Assembly: GCA_030704615.1 (NCBI GenBank)
Contig: CM060733.1
Location: 71,424,001-71,488,000 of the forward strand
Reading direction: 5' to 3'
Origin: Takakia lepidozioides
Lineage: Eukaryota > Plantae > Bryophyta
Length of the DNA: 64,000 bases
Shown: positions 36,151 through 49,600 of the stretch, piece by piece
Numbering within the stretch: the first letter of the stretch is position 1
Layout: every line of letters begins with the position of its first letter
Position numbers and translations under genes: made by a program
The notes under the pieces: generated by a model
What the model was told of the DNA's origin: nothing
The model's database searches: none
What the model saw: only the letters and a program-made list of their open reading frames with translations

Positions 36151-38786
36151 CCACATTTTTGCTTTCAACTTCTTCTTTTTATGTCAACTGATGTGTCTTG
36201 GAGTAGTAGGTTAAGAGGTTAGAATGGGTCAGTAAGCACGGGAAGTCTTCCGTCCCTGCTGCGCTGCGCACCATGAATCTGGAAAGTATACTAATTTGTC
36301 TCATGGATTGGTTTATTTGTTCCAGTCAAAGCCAAGCGTCATATGAAGTCAACATCCGACAAGAAGAAGGATGGACATACCACGCCAACAGGCCAGGAGG
36401 GTCTCTGGAGGTATATGAGTATTTCTAAGGAGGAGATCTGCTGGCGAGCACAACGCCCTCAAACAGATGCAGGGCAACGGAATGTCCATTTGGGGAGATC
36501 TGGGATGAGAGTAGAATCCGCTACCCGTTCTTACTAGTCGGGTGACAGTCTTCCACCAGTTGGGATATTGTAAATAATGTACATTGACAATGACGCTATT
36601 CTCTAAACGCAAATTATGAATCCAAATGGTTCATTGTTTTTTATTCATTTCATGTCTAGAGCGATGGATACCATGGTTGTGCTATGTGTTCTCTGTGTAC
36701 TCTTTGTTCGGTTTCGGAATTCATTACTCATGTCGATATGAGAGGTATCACCACGGGAGATCTCCCCTACTTGACTATGTGCATGTTTTGGTTTCGTCAT
36801 CACACCCGTCAGACTCTTTTAGACTAGAGAGCGTGAGTAAGGACAGGAGACCTCCTGTCCTCTTTGCCTTTCTATTTGTGCTTGTTCCTGTCAGACCCCT
36901 CATTCTCTTATGGCTTTGGTGGGTTGTTGTATCATGTGCATGTTTACCCTCAATTTAATTTGACTATGCCTGATGTGTATCGCTATTTGGGAGGGGAGAC
37001 CTCCCGTCTGTCCTGGTCCGCATGTGTTTTGTGCGTGGAGCTATGACTTAAATGAATGCAGAATAATCTTTGATGTCGAACTTGGGACAACAGTCATAAT
37101 TCTCCTGTACTTCTGGAATGACAATGTTTGGCATTTTTTTGTAGGCTAATATTAAAAAAATGAAGCAACTGTGATTGACAGGAGGTCCCGTGCTGCCCGT
37201 GAAACTGTAGAAAACTGGGATTTCAACTCATATTAGGGATGTGATCAGGGTATGGATTCTCTGGGAACAACAATATTTACTAAACATCTACTACAATAAA
37301 CTTAATAAAATCATTTAAATTTGTTTTCATATTGAATTTTTATTCAATTTAAATAAATCAATAAATCAATATATATGTTATTCCTGGACTTTGGAAAGTC
37401 TAGATTTACTTAAAATCCAGTTGAGAGTGGATTGCAAGTGGGGACAGACCTGATGATTGTCCTCCACAAGCATGGAAGTCGCTAGTAGCACAGTGGTCAT
37501 CAGCCGAGGGGCAGGAGGAGGGCGACGACAGGGCTCAAATCTCGTGCACAGGTGAAAGTGGGGAGCCACGTTGGACGTACTGGGATAGCAGGGGCAGCCG
37601 CAAAATTGGTAAGATGTCTAATTGAAATTCATTTCATGCTATTGTATTTTGGCTGGTCAAAGTGTTTCTGCTAATGTGCCTTTGTCGTGGTTATGCACAG
37701 GGCAAAGAAAGTGATGGAAGCCCGTCCATTCATGCCTTAACTGTTGCATTGACAACCCCCAAAGGGTATTCAGAGAGTCGAAGTGCAAGGGTATACAACT
37801 TCTTTTCCCTCCCCTGCCGCTTCTGTACTTCATTTGCAATCATATTTATGCTTTGATGGCATTCCTTGATGCAGCCAGTCCATACGTAACAAAATATACT
37901 TGTTGTATGCATGCATTCTATGGAATGTATTGTAACATACAAGCTATCATAACTGTAGTTTATCATAACATTACTGACCAATTCAGAATGTGTACAGGGG
38001 TCTGGGAGTGCCCTGTCACAACAGCTAGAGGCAGTCTGTACTTGGAAAAGTGGAGTGGATGTCAAGTTGGCAGAGATGTCAGCCGAATTAGTGGAGAGGC
38101 GACGTGAGGTGAAAGAGATGATGGCATTGGTACTGAAAGCAGTGAGTGAGGTGGGGGGTGCTCTAAAGGCCTCACCTGGACGTACGCAAGTAGGTGCAGA
38201 AGTTACTAATATCCTTCCTGCTTCCACTATTGCTAAGAAAAGACTTGGACATGCATTTGAAGGTGCATAGAAAGAGGGGGGATCTGGTTCTGGGGCCCTT
38301 CCCGAGCAGCCTACAGTGAATGTGCATACCTCCAACTCAAAGGAGTCTCATTTGAGTGGTGAGGCAGAGGTGGTGTAGATGCATATATTGGTACATTTTT
38401 TTTTTTAGATCGTTTTTTATCATAAGACAAGCGGTTTCGGCATTGTACTGCCAAAACAAGTTAGTTTGTTAGTTGTCTGGAAATCGTTGGTAAAGCACGT
38501 AGGAAATTAGACAGTGTCTGCGACGACCATGGAGAAGAACTCTGGCGTCAAGATGACCGTAGGAAGCTGCATTGATAGTGCCAATTCGGTACCAGAAACG
38601 GCAAGGTAATCTTGTTCAAACAATACAGGACGACTGTTCCAGTCCCAGATTGCGATCTCTCTTTTCTCCCGCCTTTCAAGTCCAGTAGGAACACATGGTG
38701 AGGAGCTTGGCAATTGGTGGAAGCGACATGTACAGCGATGAAATATCGCAACAAAGCGAATGGCTGCATTGGATGAAAGCAGGTCG

Positions 38787-41753
38787 TGACGACTTCAAAC
38801 GGCGAAGCGTGGACTTGTTAACGGTGCGAGACAAGTGGGGGACTCCGGACAACCTATGACTCAGTGGTAGGGTCAAAGACCCCAGAGCCATCACAAGGGA
38901 TCTGATTTCCAAAAATATCACAAAATCTGTGTGTAGCAAAAGTACGACGAATGGCGAAAGGTGCAACTTTTTACCACCTATGGGCCTGAGAATTTACAGG
39001 CTGATATGAGGTATATGATTGTAGTTTGTCACCAAGTTTGGTGATTTATGGAGCTGATTAGTAGCGGCGCCAAATTATTGAGTCGACGGCACTCATGGGG
39101 CCGATTATTTGAATTTCTACTTCTTGGATGAAAAATCCTGAAATTCGCCTGGAGGAGCTGGATGGATGAAATGACAACTCGCGCCAACTGGTCATCCAAT
39201 TGGATGGATGAAAATCCAGCTTTCATTTGCCTCTAAGACTTTTCATCCATGTTGAATATTATATTATAGATCCTCCAAGAAAATAATAGTTTAATGAATG
39301 TTTTTTATTAGTTTATTAGGCTCAAAAACAGTATAAAAGAGGAGCAAGGCTTCTCTTGCTCTTCATCTAGTTCTTCATCTTGCTTCTAACCTAGCTCATT
39401 TGCTTAGTTTCCTCTTGTTGTAGTGTTTGCTAGTTTTGGCTTGAGAAGGGGCTAGATCCTAGGGAGTGGAGCTTGAAGCTCCCTAATTAGGTAGAATTCT
39501 TGTGAGCTAAGGCAAGAGGCCTAGCTTGTGGGCCTTTGAGCCATTTCCATTTGTGAAGGAAGAAAGCAATTTCATTTGGAAGAAAATGACTTGAAGACGA
39601 GAAGGAGGGGCTGGTATGGACTTATGGACAAGAGCCCAAGTGAAGGCCACATAGAGTACCATTACTTGAGTCGATAGAGCATCCCAAGCACTCTCGCATT
39701 GAAAGGTTGATCCCATCTTACCATTTCACCATTTATGTATGTGATTCATTTATTTTCCAAGCAAAGCTTGAAGTTGAAAATCTGATTTAGTCCCTCAAAA
39801 GATAAGTATGCATTGTGGAATCCCACTATTTCATGTCTATGATTGACAAGGGGAAGAACCCCATAGCCTATTGGAAAGAGTACCAATAGAGGCTTGTATT
39901 TGATTTGTTTGAAGAAGGAATCTTTGTGTTTTTTGTTACTAATTTGGAATATAGCTAGCTCTGGAAAAGGAAGGCCAACAGGCTAGATTTATGATATAAG
40001 GCCACTATAAGGCCACTCTGTGCTAATCCCCCCCCCCACAAGCAAGCCATGGAGGCCTAGGAGAGGGTGGGTTGTTAGTTTTTTTTGTCTTGGGGTTTGG
40101 GCGGGCTAAATTTGCTTGATAGCAGCTGCCCCAAAGTCGCAAGCAGCCCGGGAGGAGCTCGGGTGCTGCGCCTAAAGAATAGGCACTCGATTACTTAAAG
40201 CGTGGAGGCAGTCGTGGCCCAGCCACGACATACGGGGAGCGGGGCCCCAGCGCTGACCTTAAGTCGTACTAAGATCAAGTACATCAGCCGCGTGGCTCAG
40301 GCGTGAGTCCCTGAAGCGCACGCACAGGGTGTAGGTCTTTACCCGGGGGATAACCAAGAGCTGAGACGGACCGGCGGACGCCGGTTTTAACCGCAGCGGT
40401 CCACGGTTTGGACCGCTACGTGCGGATCTGCGCCCTGCCACGTGGCGGAGGCGTTTTACCCAACGGGCAATGCGTCTGCAAATTCCCTTAAAGGGGGGTA
40501 TTGTTACCTTTAGCTATTAGATTCAAATTAGACCCCTCTAAAGGTTAGGAGCCATTATCTAAGGCGTCAGAGGTAGATAAAATCTAGGATTTTGGGAGGA
40601 CGTAGCCTTGGAGGGGAGCATTCTTATGACTCCAAGAGAGAGCCGAGCGAATCTGTGAGCTGTGAGCTAGAGGCGGAGACCTCGAGAGACAAGGAAGGAG
40701 AGAAAGTACTATGTCCTAAAAACTCGGCTACAGTGAGTCATTGTGTCAAAGCCCAAGGTAGAGGATGACTTATTCCACGAAGGGAAAGTGCACCAGCGCC
40801 TTAAAATAATGTAAAGGGGTGAAATCTGGCTTGGACCCACCAGTGTTTATTTTATTATTTACGCATGCATGTTCTGGACTAACAAATGTAGTGGCAGGGA
40901 TGAATTCTCAGCGAGATTCATTCATCCGATAGGGCCGCGGCAGTTCCCCGCGGCAAGGAACGGTTCCCGGGCGTTCCTCGGTTCTCACTAGGTTCCCACG
41001 GGGCTCCCGAGGGCATTTCTAGGCGCCAAGGGCATCTTTGGATTCCCCACATGATTTCCCATAAGGGAGGTATTTTTCCAGATTTCTTAATTTCTTGTAT
41101 TGTCCAGCATTTCTGATGTGCGAAATTGCTTAAATAGGATAGGTGCACGTGGTGCAAGTTATAGCCCGAGGGGCGTTTATTAAACTGATTGAACTTATTG
41201 ATTTAAGGGGCTTAGAGTCACCTTATTGAACTTGGTGAACCTATTGGATTATGATAGGTATTTTGGCCACTCCTTTGCTAAAACAAAGTATTTTAGGCAC
41301 TGGGGTAGGGAGCGTTGGCCCTTCCATCAGAGGTGACTTGAACTCAGGCACTCGGTGAAGGAGGGGCATTGGGAAAGGAAGATTTTCCCTCTTCCTCCTA
41401 GACTCGGCATGTGCCTTGTGAAGGGATTAAACCATATCCCGGCTGTAGGCGGCTCGGGGGCCTAGGCGGTAGGAATTAGACAATAAAACAAAAGACTTGG
41501 AAGGCAGTTACTGAGTAGATTGTAGAATACTGTAGGACTTAGAAATGCAAACTCGCCCTGTGAAGAGGAGTACGTAACTTCTCTTTGCCGGTAGGACTTA
41601 GATAGTGATCATAGCCATCATGTATGACCACGGACCCCCTGCACTAACCGCAGTCGGGTAGGCGGTTCAGTGAGCCCAACCTACACCGCAACTTACCACG
41701 ACCCCCCTAGCTAATATGTCATCACCCTGACCGCGCACGCTCAAGGCTCGTCA
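38787..41753 (+). mobile_element. Probable solo LTR (~2.97 kb)
   Basis: Termini TGACGA...TCGTCA, with flanks GGTCG / GGTGG (4 of 5 match as TSD). Internal TATAAAAGAGG (39333) is followed by a CT-rich tract. No coding capacity. The left flank GATGAAAGCAGG resembles units right of the insertion. Confidence 0.6.
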
Positions 41754-42517
41754 GGTGGTTGAGCTGGACAACAGCAAGGGGATGAAGGGAGGAGGTAACG
41801 AAAAGGTAGAAGTAGTTATGAAGGGCTTAGATGGAAATGGCAAAGTGGCAGGAAAGAAAAAAGCTGGGGGGGGGAGGGGGGGTGCAAAGATGAAAGCAGG
41901 GCATACTGTACCATCTGAATGTGCCTTGTTGGAGAAGGGGGTGTTGAATATGGGGAGAGTGTCTTGGTAGGAAAGGGTAAAGGGGGGGCGGCAAAGGGGA
42001 AAGCATGACCTACTGTACTACCGAAATCTGCCCTTGTTGGAGAAGGGGGTGTTGAACATGGGGAAGAGTGTGTTGGGAGGAAAAGGTAAAGGTGGGAAGG
42101 GGGGTCCGAAGAAGAAAGCAGGTGGGCATCACCTACAGCCGTTGTCTGATGATGCTGGTAAAGACGTGGCCACACCGCATGACAGTCTGCATGTGGAAAG
42201 CAAGCACTCGTCACCAGGCAAACTACACTCAGATCAAGAGGTATTGTACCATGTTATCCCTTAATTGATGCACTCAATGGATTCATAGATTGTTGTCTGA
42301 TTATTGTGTACGTGTGCAGAGGTCAGACACGAAATCCAGGGAACTCAATGGGGCACAGCCAACAGCCCATCGCCCCTCAACCCGCAGACACGCCGCAGTA
42401 ATAGCAGCAGCAGCCCCACCACCTGTGGTAAGTTGATCCATACTTGTCATTGTTTGCTTTTTGGAACACCTTGGTTTCATCTGAAGTCAATAAGAGGGTG
42501 AATGTTGGTTTGTTGGC

Positions 42518-42799
42518 ATGCAGTATAAGAAAGGAGACAAAGTTTATTTGTGCAGCTTCCATAAGTCTGGCCTCATTGTTGGTTGGGGCAAAGTTGTTGG
42601 GGTGTATGGCAAATCTCGCTTCTTACCAGATGGCTACTACAACCTTGAGGTTGACCATGTTGCTGCGGCAGACCACCCCCTACCGGCGAGCAACAATGAG
42701 GCTTTCAAAACCCACAAGTGCTTGGGTGACATGGTAGGCACAACGATTTTATGGTCGTACAAGTTCCTAAATTTGGATTTCTTGTTTGTCTTGACATGA
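42518..42799 (+). CDS. Tnp1/En-Spm-like (CACTA TnpA C-terminal type) domain exon
   Basis: GDKVYL..IVGWGKV..LPDGYYNLEVDHV..DHPLP..LGDMVGTTILW fits this transposon accessory domain pattern. Upstream Lys/Gly-rich exons lie at 41755-42425. Confidence 0.6.
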   Translation: MQYKKGDKVYLCSFHKSGLIVGWGKVVGVYGKSRFLPDGYYNLEVDHVAAADHPLPASNNEAFKTHKCLGDMVGTTILWSYKFLNLDFLFVLT

Positions 42800-42965
42800 G
42801 GTTCCCTCACGGCAACCTCCCTCATGATGATTTCTTGTTTTTGGCTTCACATGAGATTGATATAGGACTAGACCTAGCTACACAGACGCACTTTGTACTC
42901 AGTGCAGATATTCAATGTGGATATGGCAGCATCTGTTGTTTTAGGCTGCATGTGGCATTGCTTTG

Positions 42966-43706
42966 TCATCTGCTAGCTTCTTGGGCAAGCCCCATTTGAA
43001 CTTTGCTATGTAGGTAGAATTCTGGTAGGTCGGGGCTGCCTCCATCAATGCTGGCCCCCCATTTGCAGGCTTTTGACATTTTGAATGCCTGAATATGACA
43101 ACATCTGTTTTTTTCCTTGACCTGCCCTCGCAGAATTTCAAGAATAGATCGAACTGCGGTGCTCGTGCTAGGAATATGACTCCCTCCTCCACTGACGTCC
43201 ATTGAGGACTTGCCTGATCTCCAGGACGACCTTGGAACTTCCATGACCTCGTCTGAGTCGGACAGGTTGTGAACAACCCGGTTCTCGCTCGTCTTCATGG
43301 ATGGGTTCGGCTCTGGATTTACTTCGTTGCGGACTTCTCTCTTTAAGGTAGCCACTCTCTGATTCGCGGATTGTTTCATGGAAGGCGCCAGGATAGAAGG
43401 TGCATTTGGCGGGCAAATGAAGTCCCCAACAGCCCTGTATATGACGCTGTCCGATGGTGGAACTCGCCATTCCCTACCATCGCCGAAATCATCGTGGAGC
43501 ACAACAATACTCTCGACAACAAGGCCGTTTGAGTCCTTCCTTTCCTCCTCCAAAAAAACCGACCCCGGTTTCAGGTGGTATCGAATGCACAGATATTTCT
43601 CCATCACCCGGCAGATGTCCCCTCTGCACGGAAATGAAGCTCTATGCTCGTGAGGAGGACAGTACACTGTAGCGCTCGGGTTTTCCGCCATGGGAGATGT
43701 GCACAC
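42966..43706 (-). CDS. Unknown ORF divergent from the palindrome array; possibly the 5' exon of the minus-strand transposase-like gene
   Basis: 246-aa ORF (MAENPSATVYC...SILEILRGQ), on the same strand as and upstream of 33430-35030. The link is inferred. Confidence 0.4.
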   Translation of the reverse strand: MCTSPMAENPSATVYCPPHEHRASFPCRGDICRVMEKYLCIRYHLKPGSVFLEEERKDSNGLVVESIVVLHDDFGDGREWRVPPSDSVIYRAVGDFICPPNAPSILAPSMKQSANQRVATLKREVRNEVNPEPNPSMKTSENRVVHNLSDSDEVMEVPRSSWRSGKSSMDVSGGGSHIPSTSTAVRSILEILRGQVKEKNRCCHIQAFKMSKACKWGASIDGGSPDLPEFYLHSKVQMGLAQEASR

Positions 43707-43989
43707 AAGACTGCCAAGATGGCGTGCGGGGAAGCTCCCTGGTAGAAGGGGGATGCACCGATGGGAAGGAATGCGGTGCCGATTTGTCCGAGCGACGAAG
43801 CCTGATCCAAATCCAGGGAGCCAACTATCTCAAAAATCCACAGTCAGAGTGTTAATGAACCTTGTCTCCGGAATGCGGCCCCTGGTCTTTGCGCAATAAC
43901 TGCCAACGGTATGCAGTTAGAAAGTGGGGGGCCGTCCGGATGATGACGGCTGAAGGGGAGAAGCCGGCACCGTGCCGTCACATTACTAC

Positions 43990-45820
43990 CCCCGAATGGA
44001 AATTCGGCACCCAATATCCAACAGGGGCCGCACGGATGAAGTCGTCTGGGGCAGAGATGCCGGCACCTGTCCGACAGAGAACATCCCCCGGACGGAAATT
44101 CAGCGCCGAATTTCCATTCGGATCCCCCCAAAGGAAGTCCTGTCGGGGGGTCAGGCCGAAAGCTGGCCGACATAAAAACCTACGCGGATGGAAAAACGGC
44201 GCCGAATTTCCATCCGAGGCCTTTCGGATGCAGTCGGCTCGGGGGAAAGGCCGCCATCTGGCCCTCACATTACAACCCCCGGACGGAAATTCGGCACCGA
44301 ATATACAACAGGGGAAGCCCGGATGAAGTCGCCTCGGGCGCAGAGGCCGGCGCGTGTGCGACAGAGAACATCCCCTGGATGGAGATTCGGCGCCGAATTT
44401 CCATCCGGGCCCCCCCAAAGGAAGTCGTGTCGGGGGGTCAGGCCGAAAACTGGCCGGCATAAAAACATCCCCAGATGGAAAAACGGCGCCGAATTTCCAT
44501 CCGGGGCGGTTCGGATGCAGTTGGGGAGGGGGGAGAGGCCGGCACGTGGCCGTCACATTTCAACCCCCGGACGGAAATTCGGCACCGAATATCCAACAGG
44601 GGACGCCCGGATGAAGTCGCCTCGGGCGCAGAGGCCGGCGCGTGTGCGACAGAGAATATCCCCTGGATGGAGATTCGGCGCCGAATTTCCATCCGGACCC
44701 CCCCAAAGGAAGTCGTGTCGGGGGGTCAGGCCGAAAACTGGCCGGCATAAAAACATCCCCAGATGGAAAAACGGCGCCGAATTTCCATCCGGGGCCGTTC
44801 CAATGCAGTCGGGGAGGGGGGAGAGGCCAGCACCTGGCCGTCATATTTCAACCCCCGGACGGAAATTCGGCACCGAATATCCAACAGAGCGGCGGAGAGG
44901 CCGGCACCTCTCCGACAGAGACTATCCCCCGGATGGAAATTCGGCGCCGAATTTCCGGGGCAGAAACCTCCCAGAATGGAAAAACGGCGCCGAATTTCCG
45001 TCAGAGGCTGTTCCGATTTGCCTCTAGCACTGAAGGATTCCAAGAAAAATCCGAAATATCAATCGGACACGATCAGAATTACCTGCAGGAAGGTAATTCA
45101 GCGATCAGAACTACCTGCAGGAAGGTAATTCAGCGATCGGAATTACCTGCAGGAAGGTAATTAGGCGTTTCGAAATTCCTGGCGAATGGAAATTCGGCGC
45201 CGAATATCCATACGCTAGCGATCCGACTTACCTGCTGGATGGAAATTCGGCGCCGGATTTCCATCCATCCAGGATTCCACTTACCTGCTGGATGGAAATC
45301 CGGCGCCGAATTTCCATCCATCCGGGACTCCACTTACCTGCTGGATGGAAATTCGGCGCCGGATCTCCATCCATCCGCTCTCCGCCCAACCTTGCGGATG
45401 GAAATTCGGCGCCGGATCTCCATCCATCCGCTCTCCGCCCAACCTTGCGGATGGAAATCCGGCGCCGGATTTCCATCCATCCGCCTCCGAATTACCTGCT
45501 TGAGGGAAATTTCGCGCACCGCCCTACCTGCGCGGATGGAAATCTGGCGCCGGATTTCCATCCATCCGCTTCTGAATTACTTGCGTCAGGGAAATTTGGC
45601 GCGCCGCCCTACCTGCGCGGATGGAAATCCGGCGCCGGATTTGCATCCATCCGCTTCCGAATTACCTGCGTGAGGGAAATTTCGCGCGCCGCCCTACCTT
45701 GCAGGATGGAAATTCGGCGCTGAATTTCCATCCTGCTGCGCTCCGAATTACCTGCAAGATGGAAATCCGGCGCCGGATTTCCATCCTGCAACGCTCCGAA
45801 TTACCTCTACGTTGGAAATT
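43990..45820. repeat. Composite tandem array with 22 copies of the palindrome (GGAT)GGAAATTCGGCGCCGAATTTCC(ATCC)
   Basis: 288-bp higher-order units (3 x 96 bp), three 32-bp hairpin units at 45070-45165, then 53- and 85-bp units. Core positions were counted from the sequence. Confidence 0.95.
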
Positions 45821-46602
45821 CCGGGCCTTGTTCCGTCAATTTTCATCCGACATGGAGGGCTTCATCCGACATTTAATTGCGCAGTTGGGCAATAAATGTC
45901 CACCGCCGTCGGTTTTCATTCGGGCTGGCGACACATGGCTTCCTGGATACGTACCCTAAATCTCATGCTAATCTTGGCTTAACATGCTATTCGAGGCATG
46001 TACCCCAAAAACGGAGATCTTTTTCCATTTTGGCTGGGACTTATGCCGCCTGAAGGGCATGGCTCTCCTGAGAGAGACCTCACATCCAGACCGCGGCGGA
46101 AGTTGAAAGCTCTGTACTACGGACGACGGCCAATCTCTCGCATGGCCAAACTGAAGCTCCAGCAGGAGATTCCAGTGTCTTGCTCACAACCCGCGCCAAC
46201 TGAAGCCGAGTACTCTCAGGCAAGCCACTTCTGCTTTCGCTTTGTTCGATTTCTTTTTTGCTTTCGCTTTGTTGCCTCGCTTTGTTTTTGCATCTTCATC
46301 CTGGCTTCGCTGGATGAGTGAACTTTAGATAGTTGAGTGAACCTTACATTGTTTGCAATGCGTGTGCAAATCCGGCAGCTGTGGAGAAGGCTGCTTGTGC
46401 ATGTCATTCTCAGGCAATGGTTGCATTTGTTTTCATTGTTGTTGCATGGCTCTCCATACTTCCTAAACTTGTTATGTTTTCATTTTTGTTACACGATTGT
46501 TGCTATGGTGGTTGCGCTGCTCGTTGCGATGCTGGCTTTTGCACCGATGTTGGTTTTCACGATTTTTGGGAATGACAGAGTGACGACGAACCCGGCACGC
46601 TG

Positions 46603-49600
46603 GTGGTATCATCGACAGCTCCAACTCATCACATGTTTGAATCGCCCAACTTGGGGCGAGAGGGCAAACTTCAACCTTTTGTTGGTGGACGGGAGGACTT
46701 GCAACGAGAGTACGACAGAATAGGCATTGGGGAGGTTGGTGCAGGCGGCATGGCAGGTGAAGGGCGTGAGGACATGAGGACAGCAGATCCGGCAATGGAG
46801 GTTGTTCATGCACATGCAGTAGGGCCCGCCCACGCAAAGAAAAAGAAGAAAGCTAAGCACATGCAATCCCCGGCGAGAGAGCCGTCACGGGCTGCGGAGG
46901 GGGGAGTGAGCAGTGCGCGCGAGGGTGTCAGTTCGCCTCAATCAAAGGTGGTCGTCCTGGAGGGCTCCCCTGCTGCTAGCCCTAGTAAGAAACAGAAAGC
47001 CCGTGAGAGGGCAAAAGAGAGGGCAAAAGAACAGACGAGACAGAATGCTAGCCAGGAGGAAAGAGAAAAGGCCACTGAAGAGGCCAGGGGTGCCCAAATG
47101 ACAGATGCCAATGTAAGCGAGGGACGCACAGAGACGGTGGATCCCTCCAAGACACCACAGAGAGGCAGTAACACACCGGTTAGACCATCGCGGGCAAGAG
47201 CAGCCCCCGCAATTACCCATACGGTGGAGAGTGGAGGAGAGGAAAGAACACCAGAAAGAGCACGGATTGTGCAAGTTCGAGGTGAAGCCAGGGAGAGGGC
47301 AGTAGAGACGGGGAGAGTGTTGGAGGTGGTTTCGCATGTGGCTGACCCTGTTGAGGAGGACGACAGGGAGCTTTCTGACCAGGATGACATCCTCCCGGAC
47401 ATCCCCAGGCCCCAAACCAGGAGCATACAGGCTGGATTTGGCGGTCCTGGTGGGTTGCCGGAAAACCCCTCTGCAGCAGACGTCATGTCTGAGGCGGATA
47501 TGAAGTTGGCCGCTGCCAAGATGTTGGAGGCAACCCACAGCAACATTGGCAGGGTGCTGGGGGGCATGGTATACCCGGCCAAGCTTTGAATTCCCCTTTG
47601 CCGCTTGGTGTCATTGCAGGTGGTGAGACCTGCCCTCCCAGGCGATATCGACAAGCTGAAATTCTCTTTCCGGGATGGATATCGAATGGGGTCTGCCACG
47701 TTTTACGTTTCCATTGAGAACGACCACGGAGCTTCCCGTGCCCACACTTCCGATGAGGTGGACAAATGGGGTCCCCATTGGCAAACGCGAAATGAGGAGT
47801 TCGAGAGATCGATTGCTAGTGATCCTCTTTTCCAGCACTTGTCCGGTAAGATGTTCTACGTGTGGGACGGCAATCATCGCCTCCTGGCATGGATGGAGCA
47901 CATTGCCCAAGCCCACCCCAACGACCTCGATTGGCATTTCGCCGTGGATTGTGTTGTGCTGAAGGTTGCGGGGCCCAAAGATCGCAGTCTTCTCAAAGCT
48001 GCAATGGCCGACATCAACTCGTAAGCTACAACCCCTCTCGCTTTTGGACTTTGAATTTGGAAGTCATTTCATTGCGAATCCTCATATATGATGAAAATTC
48101 CCATTTCAGTATTGTTTGATGGAAATGTGGCACTGTAGGGTGACTGAGAATGCCTTCATTGCCACCAATTTGTCCCATATGCTCTTCCGAGAGAAGGATG
48201 TCGGGAAGTAGGGGGTGCAAGAGTTTGCCAATTCCCTCAGTGCCGACCTCCTGCGCAAGTCGGAGGCAAAGGCAGACAGAACCTGGTATAGGCTGAGCGT
48301 CGACGCCATGGTGGACTACATATTTCGGGTAAAGCTCCTGACAGTTTTGTTGAGCTAATCTGTCTCTCCTCCCCCAATAGAAGAAATTGTGTTGAGCAGG
48401 ATCTCTAATCTTATGTGCGCATTCTTGACAGACAAAAATACAGCAGGATTTGGCACATGCGCGGAGGTTCTACATGGAGTCAGAGGAGAAGAATCCAACC
48501 CTCCCGGAACTCGAATCGTATGTCAAAGCTGCGGAGGTGAGGGCCCGCATAAAGTACAAGTCGCGGATGGTAAAGTACATGGCCATAGCTGATCCCGCCC
48601 TTGGTGCCGACTTTCTGGTGGAGGTGGGGAAGCACTACTCTCGCGCTCTGAAGCCCACGATGACATTGGAGAAGCTCCATCGTCTAGCCACATCCTGTGT
48701 GGATGCAACAGAAAAGGTGATACATTCTTAACCAAATTGTGGTGGCAACAACTCATTTTTGTGGTGTTTGGCGCTTACGAATATGCTGGGTGGTTGGACA
48801 GACCCGGTGGCTCCAAATCTGGAATGGTTCCCAAAGTACCAGGGACATGTGGAGCTTCCCCAAACCGGACAAACTCTCTGACCCCACATTCGACATGTGG
48901 ATGAACCGCATGACATGGTGGTTTCAGGTACTTCCCCACGCTTCGTTTGGGGCTTCTACTCTAGTAGGGGGTGGATTCATTGTATTTTTTTTCAGGAAAG
49001 CGATCTGATGGAGAATCTCCACAGGTGACGACGAATGCGCAAGAGCAGCTAGACACACAAGCACATCAGTTCAAGATGGAGATATCTCCGCCTACGTGAC
49101 TATGTGACGAGGTACTTTCTGCTCTACCAAACCAACCTATTCTTTCGGGAGATAGCAGATGCTCGCCGGAGCCACGAGTTCACCGACCAGCCGAACGCGG
49201 ACAAAGCAGCAATGCGCCTTCTGTACAGGTACATACGCGCTGCCTTTCTTTCAAGTCCTTGCATTTCAGGATGTTAGAAGCCTCATGTGGTGTTAGGGAA
49301 AATGGCGCCGAATTTCCAGTCAGGGCTCCGAAAATGGCTAAGTCCCTAGACTGGCTGGCCCTGAACTGGAAATTCGGCGCCATTTTCCAGTTCTAGGCCC
49401 TATTGCCGTTCAGGGACTTGGCCATTTTCGGGCTAAGTCCCTAGACTGGCTGGCCCGGAACTGGAAATTCGGCGCCTTTTTCCAGTTCTAGGCCCTATTG
49501 CCGTTCAGGGACTTGGCCATTTTCGGGCTAAGTCCCTAGACTGGCTGGCCCGGAACTGGAAATTCGGCGCCATTTTCCAGTTCTAGGCCCTATTGCCGTT

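Noticed and set aside
38787-41753. 3' LTR of the outer Gypsy element
   Set aside because: It shows no similarity to 12352-13206 and has its own termini and near-TSD.
45186-45820. CRISPR-like look: ~30-34-bp palindromic repeats with short spacers
   Set aside because: The spacers are copies or variants of each other, no cas genes are present, and the context is intron-containing eukaryotic DNA. It is a tandem binding-site-like array.
43844-45959. Many overlapping ORFs (MEIRRRIS..., MEKRRRIS...) on both strands
   Set aside because: They are artefacts of a GC-rich palindromic repeat that gives the same peptide on both strands.
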